From positions 1 to 64,000 of the forward strand of contig KZ538017.1 of NCBI GenBank assembly GCA_000934665.2: a stretch of 64,000 nt of DNA, given 5' to 3'. The first letter of the stretch is position 1. Each line of letters opens with the position of its first letter. This document shows, in pieces, positions 25,160 to 37,775 of the stretch. The notes under the pieces are model-generated. The model was given only the letters and a program-made list of their open reading frames with translations. It had not been told where the DNA came from and searched no databases. This stretch comes from Catajapyx aquilonaris (taxonomy: Eukaryota). The translations under genes were made by a program, and so were the position numbers.

Positions 25160-25760
25160 AGCATTCTCTGGAGAGAAGTGGTTCAAGAAATATGGCTTCT
25201 CCCCGGAGAGCGAGATATAACTTATCTTTGGGGAGAAGCTATTATCAAGCTGCCCTCCGCGGAGGGAAGTCGTTCAAGAAAACCGCCGAACATCACGGAA
25301 TGACCTCTCCGGAGAGAACCTATATCAGCCATAGGGATCCTCTCCGGAGAGAAGCCGTTTAGGTAATGTGGTTTTTTAAATGTGGTTTCTCTCCGGAGAG
25401 ACGCTATAGCAGTCATGTGGATCCTCTCCGGAGAGAGGCCGTTTAGGTAATATGGTTTCTCCCCGGAGAGCATGAAATGACTTCTCTCCGGAGAGTAGCT
25501 ATAGCAGTCATATGAATCCTCACCGGAGAGAAGTCGTTGAGGTAATGTGGTTTTTTTCCGGAGAGACGCTATAGCAGTCATGTGGATCCTCTCCGGAGAG
25601 AAGTCGTTTAGGTAATATGATTTCTCTCCAAAGAGAAACAAGCGGTCATATGTATCCTCTCCGGCGAGAAGTCGCTTAGGCAATATAGTTTCTCCCCGGA
25701 GAGAGCGAAATGACTTCTCTCCGGAGACAAGCGGTTTGATGACTTCTCTTCGGCGAGAGG
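25160..25760. repeat. Degenerate tandem array built on the palindrome CTCTCCGGAGAG
   Basis: More than 15 copies at irregular ~25-35 bp spacing; related arrays at 36370-36510 and 59805-60420. Confidence 0.9.
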
Positions 25761-26840
25761 CATGCAGCTCTTTAACTCTCTATTTCCCTGTATAATGTTC
25801 TGCGTTATTATATATAACGATCTGTGCCTGGGACGAGACAGTCCTTGATGTAGTAATAACTCTCCCAGAATGCCCAACAGCCTTCCCCTTGGTTCGCAAC
25901 CAATTTCATTCCCCCATCCCTCCTCCTCCTCCTTCCATCCTCCTTCCGCTCATTGGTCCGGAAGAGAGCCGGGTCAAAGGTCAAAGGTTCAGCTATCATA
26001 TGCTAGCAATGCTACAGACCCAGCCATGCGACCGAACTTGCATCCGACTATATATCCTGTGATGAATTATTGTTGGCTCCAGCAACCTGTAGAGAAGAAA
26101 CACTATAGTCGTTAGCAATATTTGGCAAAATAATAAGCAGCTTTGGTAATTCAAATTAGCCGATATTATTATTATATTACGTGGTGCACACAGTGCAGTG
26201 GTTTAAATGAAGGGGGGAAAAAAACCAGCGTACAGTTCATGACCGTGCTTGAATCCAAGAGGTGAAGTACCGGTAATTAGACCTATACGGATATGCAGTT
26301 CGCCTCGTTTGCATCTAATTACACTGACATCATAGAGATTGTCGCATACATACGTGTCATATCAGCTGAATACGATAAGCTAATGGACAGGCCGGACCGG
26401 AGATCAAATAGCGCAAATGAGATGTAACGACGTAGCACCGCCGCCGCCGTTGTCGTCGCGACGCTGGCTGCGGTGTCGACAACACAAGGTGACACCTCCG
26501 ACCTCGCTTCATCACAGGGTGCCTCACAATAATTGGGATGCAACTCCTCAGGTTGTCAACTCTAGTAATTTTTAGGCTATAGTAGGTGACAATATTAATG
26601 AATAGTCTGGATCGCGATCAGAAACGCGTCTACCGATTTTAGGAGCGGCCCATGTAGGGCGCGAACTAAGGGCGAGGAAGGAAGCCAGCGAGAAAATAAT
26701 TGAGCATTGATTGATTGATTCGCCCTGCACTTTGCCCAAATTAATTGCGTGCCAATAAGTGCTGGGTTATCGACTGGTAAAAAGGGCAGCAGGTGTCTTG
26801 TGACGTCAGTTGGAATAAGCACGACCCTTTTTTATATATA

Positions 26841-27047
26841 CAGGGTGGACCAACTTCAAGTGTCGTTTTATAACGGCGATTAATAGCAGTGATTTTGCGA
26901 TGACGTAGCAGCGACGCGTAAAATGTCCCACTTCGGCGCATGTTCGGCGCAATCGAAGTGGGCAATTTTACACGTCGCTGCTACGTCATCGTTAAGCGCT
27001 TCTATTAATCGCCGTTATAAAACGACACTTGAAGTTGGTCCACCCTG
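26841..27047. mobile_element. Tc1/mariner-type MITE family A, copy 2 (207 bp)
   Basis: CAGGGTGGACCAAC...GTTGGTCCACCCTG flanked by TA on both sides. Confidence 0.92.
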
Positions 27048-28283
27048 TATATATATATATATATATATAAATGCGGCAGTGTGTAGCGGACTGCTGATAT
27101 CCGGGATTAGAGAGACGAAATGTAACCGGATATTGTAATCGGATTACCGCACTTTGTAACCCGATGACGTCACGTGCCTATAGTTTTATCGACTGGACCG
27201 GATGAGTAACGAAATCAAACTGGTTGTCCGGAATTAGCTACAGGTGGGGCCGCCGCCTCATTTGTCTCCGGGATACTCCACCAATTATTTGGCTGTCAAA
27301 CCGCTCTCTAATCACGCCGGATCCTCATTGAGTTATTAAGGATACAGGGGGTGTCACAATACTCGTCTGCTGCTCCGCCCACAACTCTGTGCCACATGGC
27401 CTAACCTAACCCCGCTATTAACAACCCCGGCTTACAATCGCCGCTACTTTTCAACGTGGCTGAAAATAACGGCGACTCTACTATTAGAACTTGCAGTGAT
27501 TCAGACATGCTATTTTTACCCGTGATTTATAGCCCATGAAGGTTAAATGTCCCACCGCGAATTGCTGTAAATTGGTGGAGCACTTTTGGCAGGTTGGTGC
27601 GCAATCGGAAACCATGATTGGCTCTCCCGATAATGCTCCGGAGCATCATCCATCAAAAATTCCGGAAGAGTGGAGAGTGCACAGGGGGCCATTGTTCGCC
27701 TAACAGAACTCAACCAACTCCATCGTCGAGGGAGCTGCCTTTTGTTGTATGCGCCCTATGAATACAATGCGATCCGGCCCATATTCCTCTTATTATTGGC
27801 TGCCATTGTTTGACGTTGCTTTTGTTGCAATCGGATGTAACCGATACATGAAAAAGATGTCCAATTTTTTTGATCTCATAGGCTGAACTGCTGCCTGCCA
27901 ATGTGTCTAGGGGCATCCGATGTCATGCGGGTTGCCGCGAGTGTCTAGTGGCAAATGTTTGTAACTCGTTATCAGTCCCAGTTGCGGACATTTGTTCCCC
28001 CTACATTGTTTCGATCCAACGAGTATTTTTGGCGGCCTGTGTGTCAAGCAGGAAACTGTAATAACGGATATAGCGAGTACATTGTGGCTCGGAGGCCAAA
28101 TCTCCGAGGCGGTTGGATGGTCACGTTCCTTCTGTGTGTGTGCTTCTTGGTCTCAAAGACACGGAGACTGTACTTTATAGGAGAACATCGACTCGGTCTG
28201 CAGTCACGTCTCAGACACAGCAAATATTGCCGGCCTCTTAAAAGAAATGAGATTATATATTGTTCCTTTCTCTTGTTGTTCAG

Positions 28284-28431
28284 ACGGTGTCGGTGTCGGT
28301 GTCTGTGCTGACCCTGACCTTCATCTCGATCGACCGCTGGTACGCCATCTGCTTCCCGCTCAAGTTCAAGTCAACCACGTCCAGGGCCAAGACGGCCATC
28401 CTCGTCATTTGGATCGTCTCTCTCCTGCTCG
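28284..28431 (+). CDS. AT-R: Allatotropin/orexin-type GPCR, coding exon 2 (TM3-TM4)
   Basis: TVSVSVSVLTLTFISIDRWYAICFPLKFKSTTSRAKTAILVIWIVSLLL with the DRW motif. TTCAG acceptor, G|GTAAGT donor. Confidence 0.95.
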
Positions 28432-28545
28432 GTAAGTCTTTCAACAGGGCCTTCAACTACACCTTCAACTAACAAGGAAACCCGCATAATTGGTGTCGTC
28501 GCTGTTTTTATTTTAATTTTGGATGGGACATTGTGCTCGCTGACT

Positions 28546-30224
28546 TTACATAAATATGTATGGCCTACCGGTCTTCTTGACATGTGATTGGACCTGCCTC
28601 ATATCCGACTTTATTATGTCCAGCATGGTGTTAACTTCCAGCAGGCTGTGTCTGACCCTCTCCAGCCTTAGCTTGACCGATGGCTCGACCTCTGGAACCA
28701 CTTTTGCCCTGACCTTATTTCCTTTCAACGAGCGGATCCTGTTCGGAATAACCGTGGTGGTCAGTGATTTGCTGCTGGCCGCTGCCTTGACCTTTCCTCT
28801 CAACTTTGTGTCTGATCCGGCCTTGACCCTTGACACATGGTCAATCCCGAGGTTTCCGAACCTCCTGCAGTACTCGTTGGTCACTCTGGCCGCCTGGGTG
28901 TCTCGCTGCATCAGCTTGCTGAGTTTGGACATGAATCGGTCACGGGTCACAGGCCCCCTGCTGTCTTCCTTCAGGATCGCATCCTGCAGGCTCCTGTACC
29001 TTCTGTACACCACGTGGTCGGGTTCACGCCGGGAACCGGGAATTCGACACAGTTCCGCTTCGTCTAGTTCTGTAACGGCTGTGGAAATAATTGCGCTAAT
29101 GTCACATTTGCTAATTTGAGCTTCAGGTCTGCTAACTCTGCCGTCAGATGTGAGAGGACCGTAACTCAATATCCACTTCCCTTGCGGCGAGAAGAGAAAG
29201 CAAGTGTTACCGAAAGCATCCAAGAGGTGGCGTTGGGAGAAGGGGGGAAAAGGAACGGCATCCCAACTCCACCTGTTGGATGCTTTTGGTACCACTGCTT
29301 TCTTTTCTCGCCGCAAGGGGAAGTGGACATTGAGTTACGGTCCTCTCATATCTGACGGCAGAACTTAGGCTTACTTACAGGGCGAGCTGGTGGTGAGTTC
29401 GTCGCTTAACCGACGCTGGTTAGCCTGGCGACATTGAGTTATGTACTCGCGCATGCGCCGGTCACCTGTAAGCAAAAAATGGGGGTTGTGCGCATGGCCG
29501 TCGAGGATTGGAAATAAGAGGGTTGGAACTACCTTACCGCCATGCTTCTTCATGGCTGAGGGCCACCTGTCTGCGCAGTCGCTGACGGTGGAGCTCAGGG
29601 TACGACGCTTCCAAGGGGCTGCCACTGCCGCGCGACCCATGCTGGCCTCCTTCAGGGCCACAGGTACCCTGCGTAATTTGGGGCCTAGACCCACAATGCG
29701 ATCGCCCCTGGCAACGGCCGCCTCGATGCGCATCTCGATCACGTCTGCCTTTCCTCTCGCATCGTTGATACCTACGGGCAGGAAAGCAAGGACTATAGTT
29801 ACCTCGAAAAGAACCTGCACACCCACACTCGCGCAGCTCCATTGTTCCGACAACAGTGTTGCCAGGGGGCCCAAAAATTCTGAGTTACGTTCCAGAAATT
29901 CGGCAACGTCGAAAACCTAATCACTTATCTCCAACACTACTCATGGCCGGGAAGCCCCAATAAGAGTAGTGTTGGAAATAAAGTGCAACGCCAGCTGTTA
30001 TTGATAATTCCAACCGTGCACGCTGCGCGAACTGTGGGGCGCACTCGGTTCTTTTGACGTGTCAGCGGCATAGGATATTATATGAGACACATTGTATTAC
30101 CTCTCTGAATGGCATTGGGATCGTAGCTGAATAACATCTTTGCGTCCGAGTCCTCTCGGGGACTGGCGACTGGAGAAAAGACTCGCGTGACCTGCCCTGC
30201 CCTCACTGGACGATAGCCATCCAT
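28546..30224 (-). CDS. Nested antisense three-exon gene, 349-aa basic protein of unknown function
   Basis: Exons 30224-30101, 29771-29379 and 29078-28546 total 1050 nt in one open frame through two phase-1 GT-AG introns. Start context GCGGCTATGG; AATAAA at 28512-28507. Confidence 0.8.
29136..29366. mobile_element. MITE family C, copy 2, inside intron 2 of the nested gene
   Basis: TCTGCCGTCAGAT.TGAGAGGACCGTAACTCAA and its reverse complement at the two ends. Confidence 0.85.
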
Positions 30225-30920
30225 AGCCGCCAACCTGCGCCGGTCGTCTCACAAGTTCTTTCGGAGCGATTCGAACCCGGTGGCCGTTGCCGCAACAATA
30301 ATATACTGCCACAACGCGCCGTTGCTTGACGACACTGGCATATCAAACCAACAGGCGCTGCTTTTATCTGCCCCACAACCGCCAGCGAAAAAAAAAAAAA
30401 ATCGCGGTGACTTTCAGCTGCTACAAATAACTTTGATGCTCTTTCTGTTCCGTCCTTGTGTGTATAGCCTAAGCGAAATGGATGCAGCTGGTCCAAAAAT
30501 AAGAGCTTGAGGCAGGTCCTGCAAAACACGTAGCATCCATTATGGCCGTCGCTTTATATCCACTAAATTTCCTCCATTCCCTTCCCTCCCCCCCGGTGGG
30601 TGGGAAATATGTTACTCTGTCTCTCTCTCTCTCTGTTGGTGGTTCCGAGAGATCTTCTGCAGACTGCATCACAAGTTCCATTGGGATGCAGCAGCTGTGC
30701 TGTCTCTTGGACGTGAAGATTTTTTAAGGAACCGCTCGGCCATACCCCCACAACTTTTCCCCGCAATGCGTGCCATTTAAATACCTCGATCCAACTCAAA
30801 ATGGCCATTAGCAATTTGGCAGATATTTTGGTTGTAGGAAATAATTATATACCGGTATTGTGTTGCGGACAGTAAGCTGCTTACATGGGGTTGATTTAAG
30901 AGGTAATTTGCTAATTGCAG

Positions 30921-31175
30921 ATATCCCCGAGCTGGTGGTCCTGGAGACTCGACCCCGACCCGACCTGGCCATAGTGACCCAGTACTTCACCCAGTGCATC
31001 GCCACCTGGAGCGACGAGTCGGAGATGGTGTACAGCGTGATGAAGGCCGTTCTTCTCTACACCCTTCCCCTGGCCTTCATGTCCCTCGCCTACTTCCAGA
31101 TCGTCAGGGTCCTCTGGAGGGCAGACATACCCGGAAGAAGGGAGGCCAACACGTCCAACAACTCGCAACAACACT
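30921..31175 (+). CDS. AT-R: Allatotropin/orexin-type GPCR, coding exon 3 (ECL2, TM5)
   Basis: DIPELVVL...TQCIATW...LLYTLPLAFMSLAYFQIVRVLWRADIPG. TTGCAG acceptor; the T|GTCAGT donor gives the phase 1 needed for exon 4. Confidence 0.9.
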
Positions 31176-31542
31176 GTCAGTTCATCGCTTTTTTTTGCGA
31201 CTTGGATCAAAAATGGCGGCTTCCATGGCACGACGTGGCCTACCTTTATATGAAAAGGGGTTGCCAGATGATTTTGAGGGAAACATTTCCTTCAAAATCA
31301 TCTGGCAACCCTTTCCAAGCCGCCATGTTTGATCCGTCCTATTTCTAATGCGTTTGGTGCTGTTTAAAAGGTGGCTGACACTTCAAATTATATGGATTTA
31401 ATTAAGCGACACAATAAGTGCTCGTGGTTTAAGTGCCAGGAACGGCGCTCAATTAGCGCCTAATATTCGCAGCATCCGTCGCCCCGACTAATTACCTCGT
31501 CTAATTAGCCGGCCTCGTTTTTTTTAAATGTGTGTTTGGCAG

Positions 31543-31753
31543 TGAACAACTCCTGTCGCAACAAGACGTCGCTGAGTTCGTCGTCCGGCGTGCCGTTGGT
31601 GCACGGGCATCCAGTGACGTCGTCGACGTCGTGCGGCGGAGGACAGCACGACGGTCCACTCCGGGCCCGTCGGAAGGCGGCCAAGATGCTGGTCGTCGTC
31701 GTCGTCATGTTCGCCGTCTGCTACTTCCCCGTCCACCTGCTCAACATCCTCAG
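31543..31753 (+). CDS. AT-R: Allatotropin/orexin-type GPCR, coding exon 4 (ICL3, TM6)
   Basis: LRARRKAAKMLVVVVVMFAVCYFPVHLLNILR; phase 1 in, phase 2 out. Confidence 0.93.
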
Positions 31754-31875
31754 GTATATATTATAGTGTTGAACTCACACTCATCATGCAGTGTATCAAA
31801 TTGGTGCTACGTGTACTGTGTTGCCAATATACCTATGAATGTGACACGCATTTTTCACCGCATATTTTTTTGCAG

Positions 31876-31988
31876 ATATATTTCCGCCATTCCCCAGAAC
31901 GACTTGACTTCCAGCTTTTCTATGATTTCCCACTGGCTGTGCTATGCCAACAGTGCCATGAACCCGGTCATCTACAACTTCATGAGCG
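31876..31988 (+). CDS. AT-R: Allatotropin/orexin-type GPCR, coding exon 5 (TM7)
   Basis: SHWLCYANSAMNPVIYNFMS with NPxxY; G|GTGAGT donor, phase 1. Confidence 0.95.
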
Positions 31989-33249
31989 GTGAGTACTTGT
32001 CTTCTTGTCTTCTTGTTAACAATACGTTGACTTTTTTTTAAAAGTGAAAAAAATAAACACAAAGGAAGCGGCGGCACAAACGCGCGTCATAGGCTTATAT
32101 TTTTGATTTCGGTTTGCACCATCATCATCGACATGGGAGTGGTTCATGCATCTGTGCACATGCACACCGCGCGACACAAGTGCAAACATACCTCGGCTGT
32201 ATGACTCTCTCTTCTGTAATTAAAATCCGGTTGGCTCCCTCCCCCTGCTGCTGCTGGCCGGAGTATATAGTTGTGTGTGCTCATCCCAATAGGAGGGGGA
32301 CCAATAATTGACCGACAGGTCGTGAATGGCAACCGCAAGCAAGGAGCATTGTTGCCACGGATGGGCGGATTCGAGATAACGGCGGTGACGTCACAGGCGC
32401 GACATTGGTCATCTGCAGGTCAGACGGAAATAGACCAATCCATGCTGATCGATTGCGGTCCAATCAGCAACAGTATAAGGTAGCACAAATTAGCCTCTAT
32501 AATACAAGCCATAGAAGCACCTCTCTTATTAGAGGTTCATTTGAGCTACTTCTTTTCTGCGACTGTACAGTATAGGCTACCACACCCTTTTCTGGACGTG
32601 CTGGCTGCATGTTGATTCATTTCTAACAGCTTTCTGAGGGGGGGCGAACAATCGCCTGTGAGTAGTGACCCACCCCCGCATTTCCAGGCCCTAATCCGGG
32701 CACAAATTCCGGTTAGTATAATGATGGCTGAATCCCCACTTAACGAAGAGATGTATGCAGATGAAAACGAAGGACCGGGAGCTATAGCTGCCCCAGACTC
32801 GCAAATTTTCCACAAATAAATCCGGGGAGATTTTTTTTTTGGTTGCCAATCGTGATATTTTATTCAGGGTCGTGAGGTCGTGACCTTGACCCATCCGGAG
32901 AATGTCACCTGCAGATGTCTCTTTCTCTCTCTCTCTTTTTGCGAATCTGCAGAGTTCTCTGTGTGTGTAAGAGCAACGGGTGTTCTCGACATCCCGTGAA
33001 GCAGAGATGGGGTTTCCGATATATACGCTTGGTTTCATCGCATGGTGGGGGGCGTTTCCGGTAAATTATTTACGGAAACTTCAAAAGGATCCGGAGGACT
33101 CGCGCAACTCGGAACAACGCGCAGACGCAGTCGATTCAATTAGCACATCCGTCGGCACGACCCCTTTTTTTCGCCAATTCATCTGTACGAGTCGTAAATA
33201 GCATAGGATTTAGATCGCTGCTCCAGAAAGCAGTTCCCTAATATCACTG

Positions 33250-33930
33250 CTTGACGGCAGCTTTTAAAAGCAGCGTGCGATAGCAGTTCTTGGGTATTCG
33301 CAGTTATTAATAGCTGCTCTTGAACGATCGCGGTTATTTATAGCATCGCAGGTTATTGTATGATTGCTGATATTAATAATTAATAACGGTTAATGAGTGC
33401 CGCAGTTATTCGCAGCAGTTAGTGAACTATCGCAGTTGTTAATAGCAGTTATTTGATGATCGCCGCTATAACAGTTATTAAACATCGCTGTTATAAGTCA
33501 TTGGATGCTCACATTCGTAGCAGCAGTTATTGAATAACACTGTGGCAGCAAGTTATTTGTAACAACTATGGAATTATCAGTTATTTATAGCAGTCAATGC
33601 AAGATCACTGATTCATATCGGTGAATGATCGCATTTATAACGGTTAGCGAATAATCAGAATAACGGTTATCAAACGATCGCGGTTATTTATAGCGACTAT
33701 TGAATGATCCCAGTTATTAATAGCTGCTCTTGAACGATAGCGGTTATTTATTAGCGGTTAGGGAGTAATCAGTGATTAATACCGGTTATCGGATGATTGC
33801 AGTTATTTATTGCAGTTAGTGAAAGATCGCAGTTATAGCGGCTATCGAATGATAGCAGTTATTGATATCAGTTATTTAATGATCACAGTTATTAATAGCA
33901 GTTAGTGAGCGATCGCAATTTGTATCGGTT
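33250..33930. repeat. Degenerate minisatellite (GATCGCAGTTATTAATAGC-like units)
   Basis: Repeated GCAGTTATT/GCGGTTATT cores throughout. Confidence 0.8.
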
Positions 33931-33955
33931 ACTGTAGACGAGCAGCTACGCGTCA

Positions 33956-34403
33956 AGGGCTATTCACATCCGTCGCCCGTCTTGTGTTCGGTCGCGTTGA
34001 CACCGCCGCGACCAATCAGAGAGGGGGCCCTGCGGTCTAAAGGCCCATCCACACTTACAGGCCGTCGCGTCGCCCGTTTTGTCTTCGGTCCCGTTGATGC
34101 CGACGACCAATCAGAGCGGGCCCTCGCTGTCGACGAAACGATCTCGACCTCTTCGATTTTGTTTTGTTGCGGTCTCTGTCGATTACAAACTGCGACCGGC
34201 CAATAGGAGGACGCTCTTGGGCAGAGAGCGCGTGCGCACTGATGCAGCACTCATGTAAACCTGCAACTGAGGAACTGAAACGTGTAAACAGCAGCTCGCC
34301 CTGGACCAATCAGAGCGGGCTCTCGGGGCCCGCTCTGATTGGTCGGCGGCATCAACGCGACCGAAGACAAGACGGTCGACGCGACGCCAGTGTGAATAGC
34401 CCT
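33956..34403. mobile_element. PIF/Harbinger-like MITE with internal inverted repeats
   Basis: Termini AGGGCTATTCACA...TGTGAATAGCCCT; internal GTCTTCGGTC.CGTTGATGCCG.CGACCAATCAGAGCGGGCCC is mirrored on the right arm. Superfamily assignment tentative. Confidence 0.75.
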
Positions 34404-34628
34404 ATGGGTTATCAGTGGGATGCGACGTTGCCATTTTGAGAGAGGAAGGTGGTGAGTGTGCGCCGAAAGTGAATAGTTTGATCCCGTTTTTAATTGTGGT
34501 GGTTAGGTAATAATAATAGTGCGTGTGGGTGAGTGCCTGTCTCTGATTGGTTCTCTCTTCTCTCTCTCTCTCCCTCTCTTTCTTTCCCCATCACCCTCTC
34601 TCTTTTTCCCTTCCCACCGTCTTTTCAG

Positions 34629-34876
34629 GCAAGTTTCGGAGGGAGTTTAAGCTGGCCTTCAGGTGTCTGTGTCTGTACGGCGACTATTACCCGGCAGCCT
34701 CTGCCCGAGTCCACACGTCCCATTGCACTACAACAATGCTCAGGGTGCACACAACGTCCAACAACAACGTCAACAACAACAACAACAACAACAGGGCAGC
34801 CAGACAAAGCTCACAAATATACCGTCTGCCCTCCTGCAACAGCGACCTGCAAAAGACGAGAGACACACGCATGTGA
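34629..34876 (+). CDS. AT-R: GPCR alternative last exon 6a (isoform A, 472 aa)
   Basis: Long pyrimidine tract and TTTCAG, phase 1: GKFRREFKLAFRCLCLYG...NNNNNNN...DTRM*. Confidence 0.88.
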
Positions 34877-36663
34877 TTCTTTTGACCTGGCTGAAGATGT
34901 CTGGTGACCTATGTTGCTGCCGCCACATGTGTGACCTCGGGTCAAACCCTGACCTCTGAGAGGGCCGGTTTACATGTTCATCCTCCTCGACACTGCTGTG
35001 CCGCCTCCCCCACACATTCATACCCATTTTGTACCCATCCGACACTTGGGACAGACAGACAAGACATCCGTCTCTTTATCCAAAAAAAATGACCAAGAGT
35101 TTCAGGCCAAACCCGCGTTAACTTATAATTACCTAACCACCACAAACGAAATCAACTGGTATGACCTGACGCTTTTGACAACAATTTACTCGAGTTAAAA
35201 TGGTGTAGGGGAAAAAAAATTCCACGACACGAATGTGCAGGATTAAGACATATACCCTGACGTGACTTGGACTTAATAACCTCTAGGGAGAAAGGACTGG
35301 ATCATTGCTGCTTCCGACAAGGAGCAATACTCTTGTAAATAATAATAATAATAATCGACAGTATTTAATTGGTGCCAACAAATGCCCGGCCATGCATGTT
35401 TGCCAAAACAAGTGTGCCAAAAAAAAGAGGAAAATGGAAAGAAATTTATTGTTATTGTCGATGTCAAATGCATGCCTGGTCGATTATGGGGGCAATTTGC
35501 GCGCACTAACGCATTTTATGTACTGTAATTAAATGTGGGGGGGATTGACAGTGCGAGTGTTATGTTCATTGTGCTCATGTTTTAAAATATGTGGACCACT
35601 TTTGCTCAGGACGATAACGGATAAGGTCCGGTTGCCCATTTTCCGGCTGGAAAAAAAAAAAGTTTTACGGCCAGAAAATGTTTCCTGCAACCGGGAACCT
35701 GTATTGACGAATTGCAAGTTTAAAAAGCGAGAGTATAGTACAGAGTACTTTCCACAAGTAGACCATATTATTAATATTGCTGCTTTAATATTCCCAATTC
35801 CATGTAAACAGTAGTGCGCATTTCCATATGTACGGTATTGCAAAAGTTCGTTTGCACCAACCGCCAGGAAACATTTTCCTACCGGAAAATAGCCAGAAAA
35901 GTTTGTAATCGGTAGGAAACATTTTCGGCCGATTGCAAATTTTTCTGGTTGTTTTTCCGGCAGGAAAATGTTTCATGGGGATTGGCGCAACCGGATCGTA
36001 ATGTGGGATACATTCGTGTGTATTTAAAAATAAAATAACGCGTTGTTGTCAAGTTGTGTATCTCGATATCGTGCGTGTATCCTTGCGCGTTGTGATGTGA
36101 ATGTTATACTTGAACTCTCGACGTCGCAGCATCCGCCATTTGATCCCTTACAGTCGTGCCAATTCGCCATGAAATGTAACTCAGGATCTGGTTGTGTCAA
36201 AAAAAAAAACTTATATTTTAATGTAGTAAATCGAGTTTACAAAAATAAACCAGAAATGTCGTGAAAAACATTACAATCACGTGTATTTTCATCCCTTCTG
36301 TTATTTTCAAAGTTATTTTCCATTGTTATAATTATTCAAGTGGCGGTTATTTGCTCTTTTAAACAAATACGTCTCCTCCCCGGAGAGAAAATGGAGATAA
36401 ATGGCTTCTCCCCTGAGAGAAACTATAGAAAATGGTTTCTCTCCGGAGTGATGTCATTCCAAAAATACCCCTCCGGAGAGAAGCCATTTTCTAAACTTTC
36501 TCTCCGGTGTGATGCGATTTTTCATCAAAAAATAATCCGAATAAAATAACTCATACTGAAATAACATACTTGAAGCAAATCTTTTAAGCAACTAGTTGTT
36601 TTCCATTGTAATATTCAACTAGCAGCTATTTCGTTTTCAACTAACAGCTTTGTTTTGTTAATA

Positions 36664-36870
36664 CAGGGTGGTCCAAGTTCAAGTGTCGTTTTATAACGGC
36701 GATTAATAGAAGCGCTTAACGATGACGTAGCAGCGACGTGTAAAATTGCCCACTTCGCTGGCGCCGAAGATGCGCCAAAGTGGGACATTTGACGCGTCGC
36801 TGCTACGTCATCGCAAAATCACTGCTATTAATCGCCGTTATAAAACGACACTTGAACTTGGACCACCCTG
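36664..36870. mobile_element. Tc1/mariner-type MITE family A, copy 3 (207 bp)
   Basis: TA-CAGGGTGGTCCAAGTTC...GAACTTGGACCACCCTG-TA. Confidence 0.92.
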
Positions 36871-37038
36871 TATTATAACCGCTACTTGAAAGCAGTTCTT
36901 AAAATCAGTTACATTTCGCGACTAGCTTTTAGTGCGATGCGACGTTGCCAGATTTGTGCATTTCTGTCCAGAATAATTCGTTGTTGAAACGTCGTGTATC
37001 GAGCCACTGGATTGGATGCTTGACCTTTGACCTTCCAG

Positions 37039-37229
37039 GCAAGTTCCGGAAGGAGTTCAAGAGGACGTTCTGCTGGGGTCGTGGTCGGGGTCGTGGCAAG
37101 AGTCGCAGGCAGCCTCACTCGAGCAGCACCTACGTGTGGAGGTTCACCAGGACAATGAGCATGAGCACACCTCGCACCGAGGAGCTGCCCATGACCTCCA
37201 TCGTCACCACCGCACCTGACCTGGACTAG
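37039..37229 (+). CDS. AT-R: GPCR alternative last exon 6b (isoform B, 453 aa)
   Basis: CCTTCCAG acceptor, phase 1: GKFRKEFKRTFCWGRGRGRGKSRR...TTAPDLD*. GC3-rich codons like the other exons. Confidence 0.88.
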
Positions 37230-37775
37230 GTCAAGGGTCACGGCCTCCCGTGAACTAATACTCCGCAATCATCAGTGTATACGTGCGCGTGTAATCGAGC
37301 GAGGGACTGGATTCATCAACCGCGAGGGGTGGTAAGTAGTTACTCCGGAGCAAAGTTACTCCTCCTTCAGTATATAGTTACTCCCAGGATAAGTCTAGGC
37401 ATCTCTCACGCCGGTTGATGAATCCATTCCCAGAGGAAGCAAAGAAAGTCGCACATGCGCATCCGGTTGATGCGCACGCAGGCGAGGACTACGCATGCGC
37501 CGAATGATGCGCACGCAGGCCAGGACTGCACATGCGCATACCTTTCCTTCCTTCTGAAGGCAGAACTCAACCGTGTGTTTCATAATGTAGCTCACATCCG
37601 TTCCGGTAGAAATGTTGCGAACAGCCGGATTATGAAACACACGGTGTGTACACATCGATGTTACTTTCTTACATATAGATTGTATTTATTTTGCCCGTGT
37701 GACGAGGACAGTCGTCGACGTCGTAATGTGTACGTGTAAATTATTGCATGGACTTATTATAAGTATACCGACATG

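Noticed and set aside
28546..29874. LINE ORF1 remnant interpretation of the two minus-strand ORFs
   Set aside because: Canonical in-phase introns, start context and poly(A) signal fit a cellular gene; no reverse transcriptase or endonuclease nearby.
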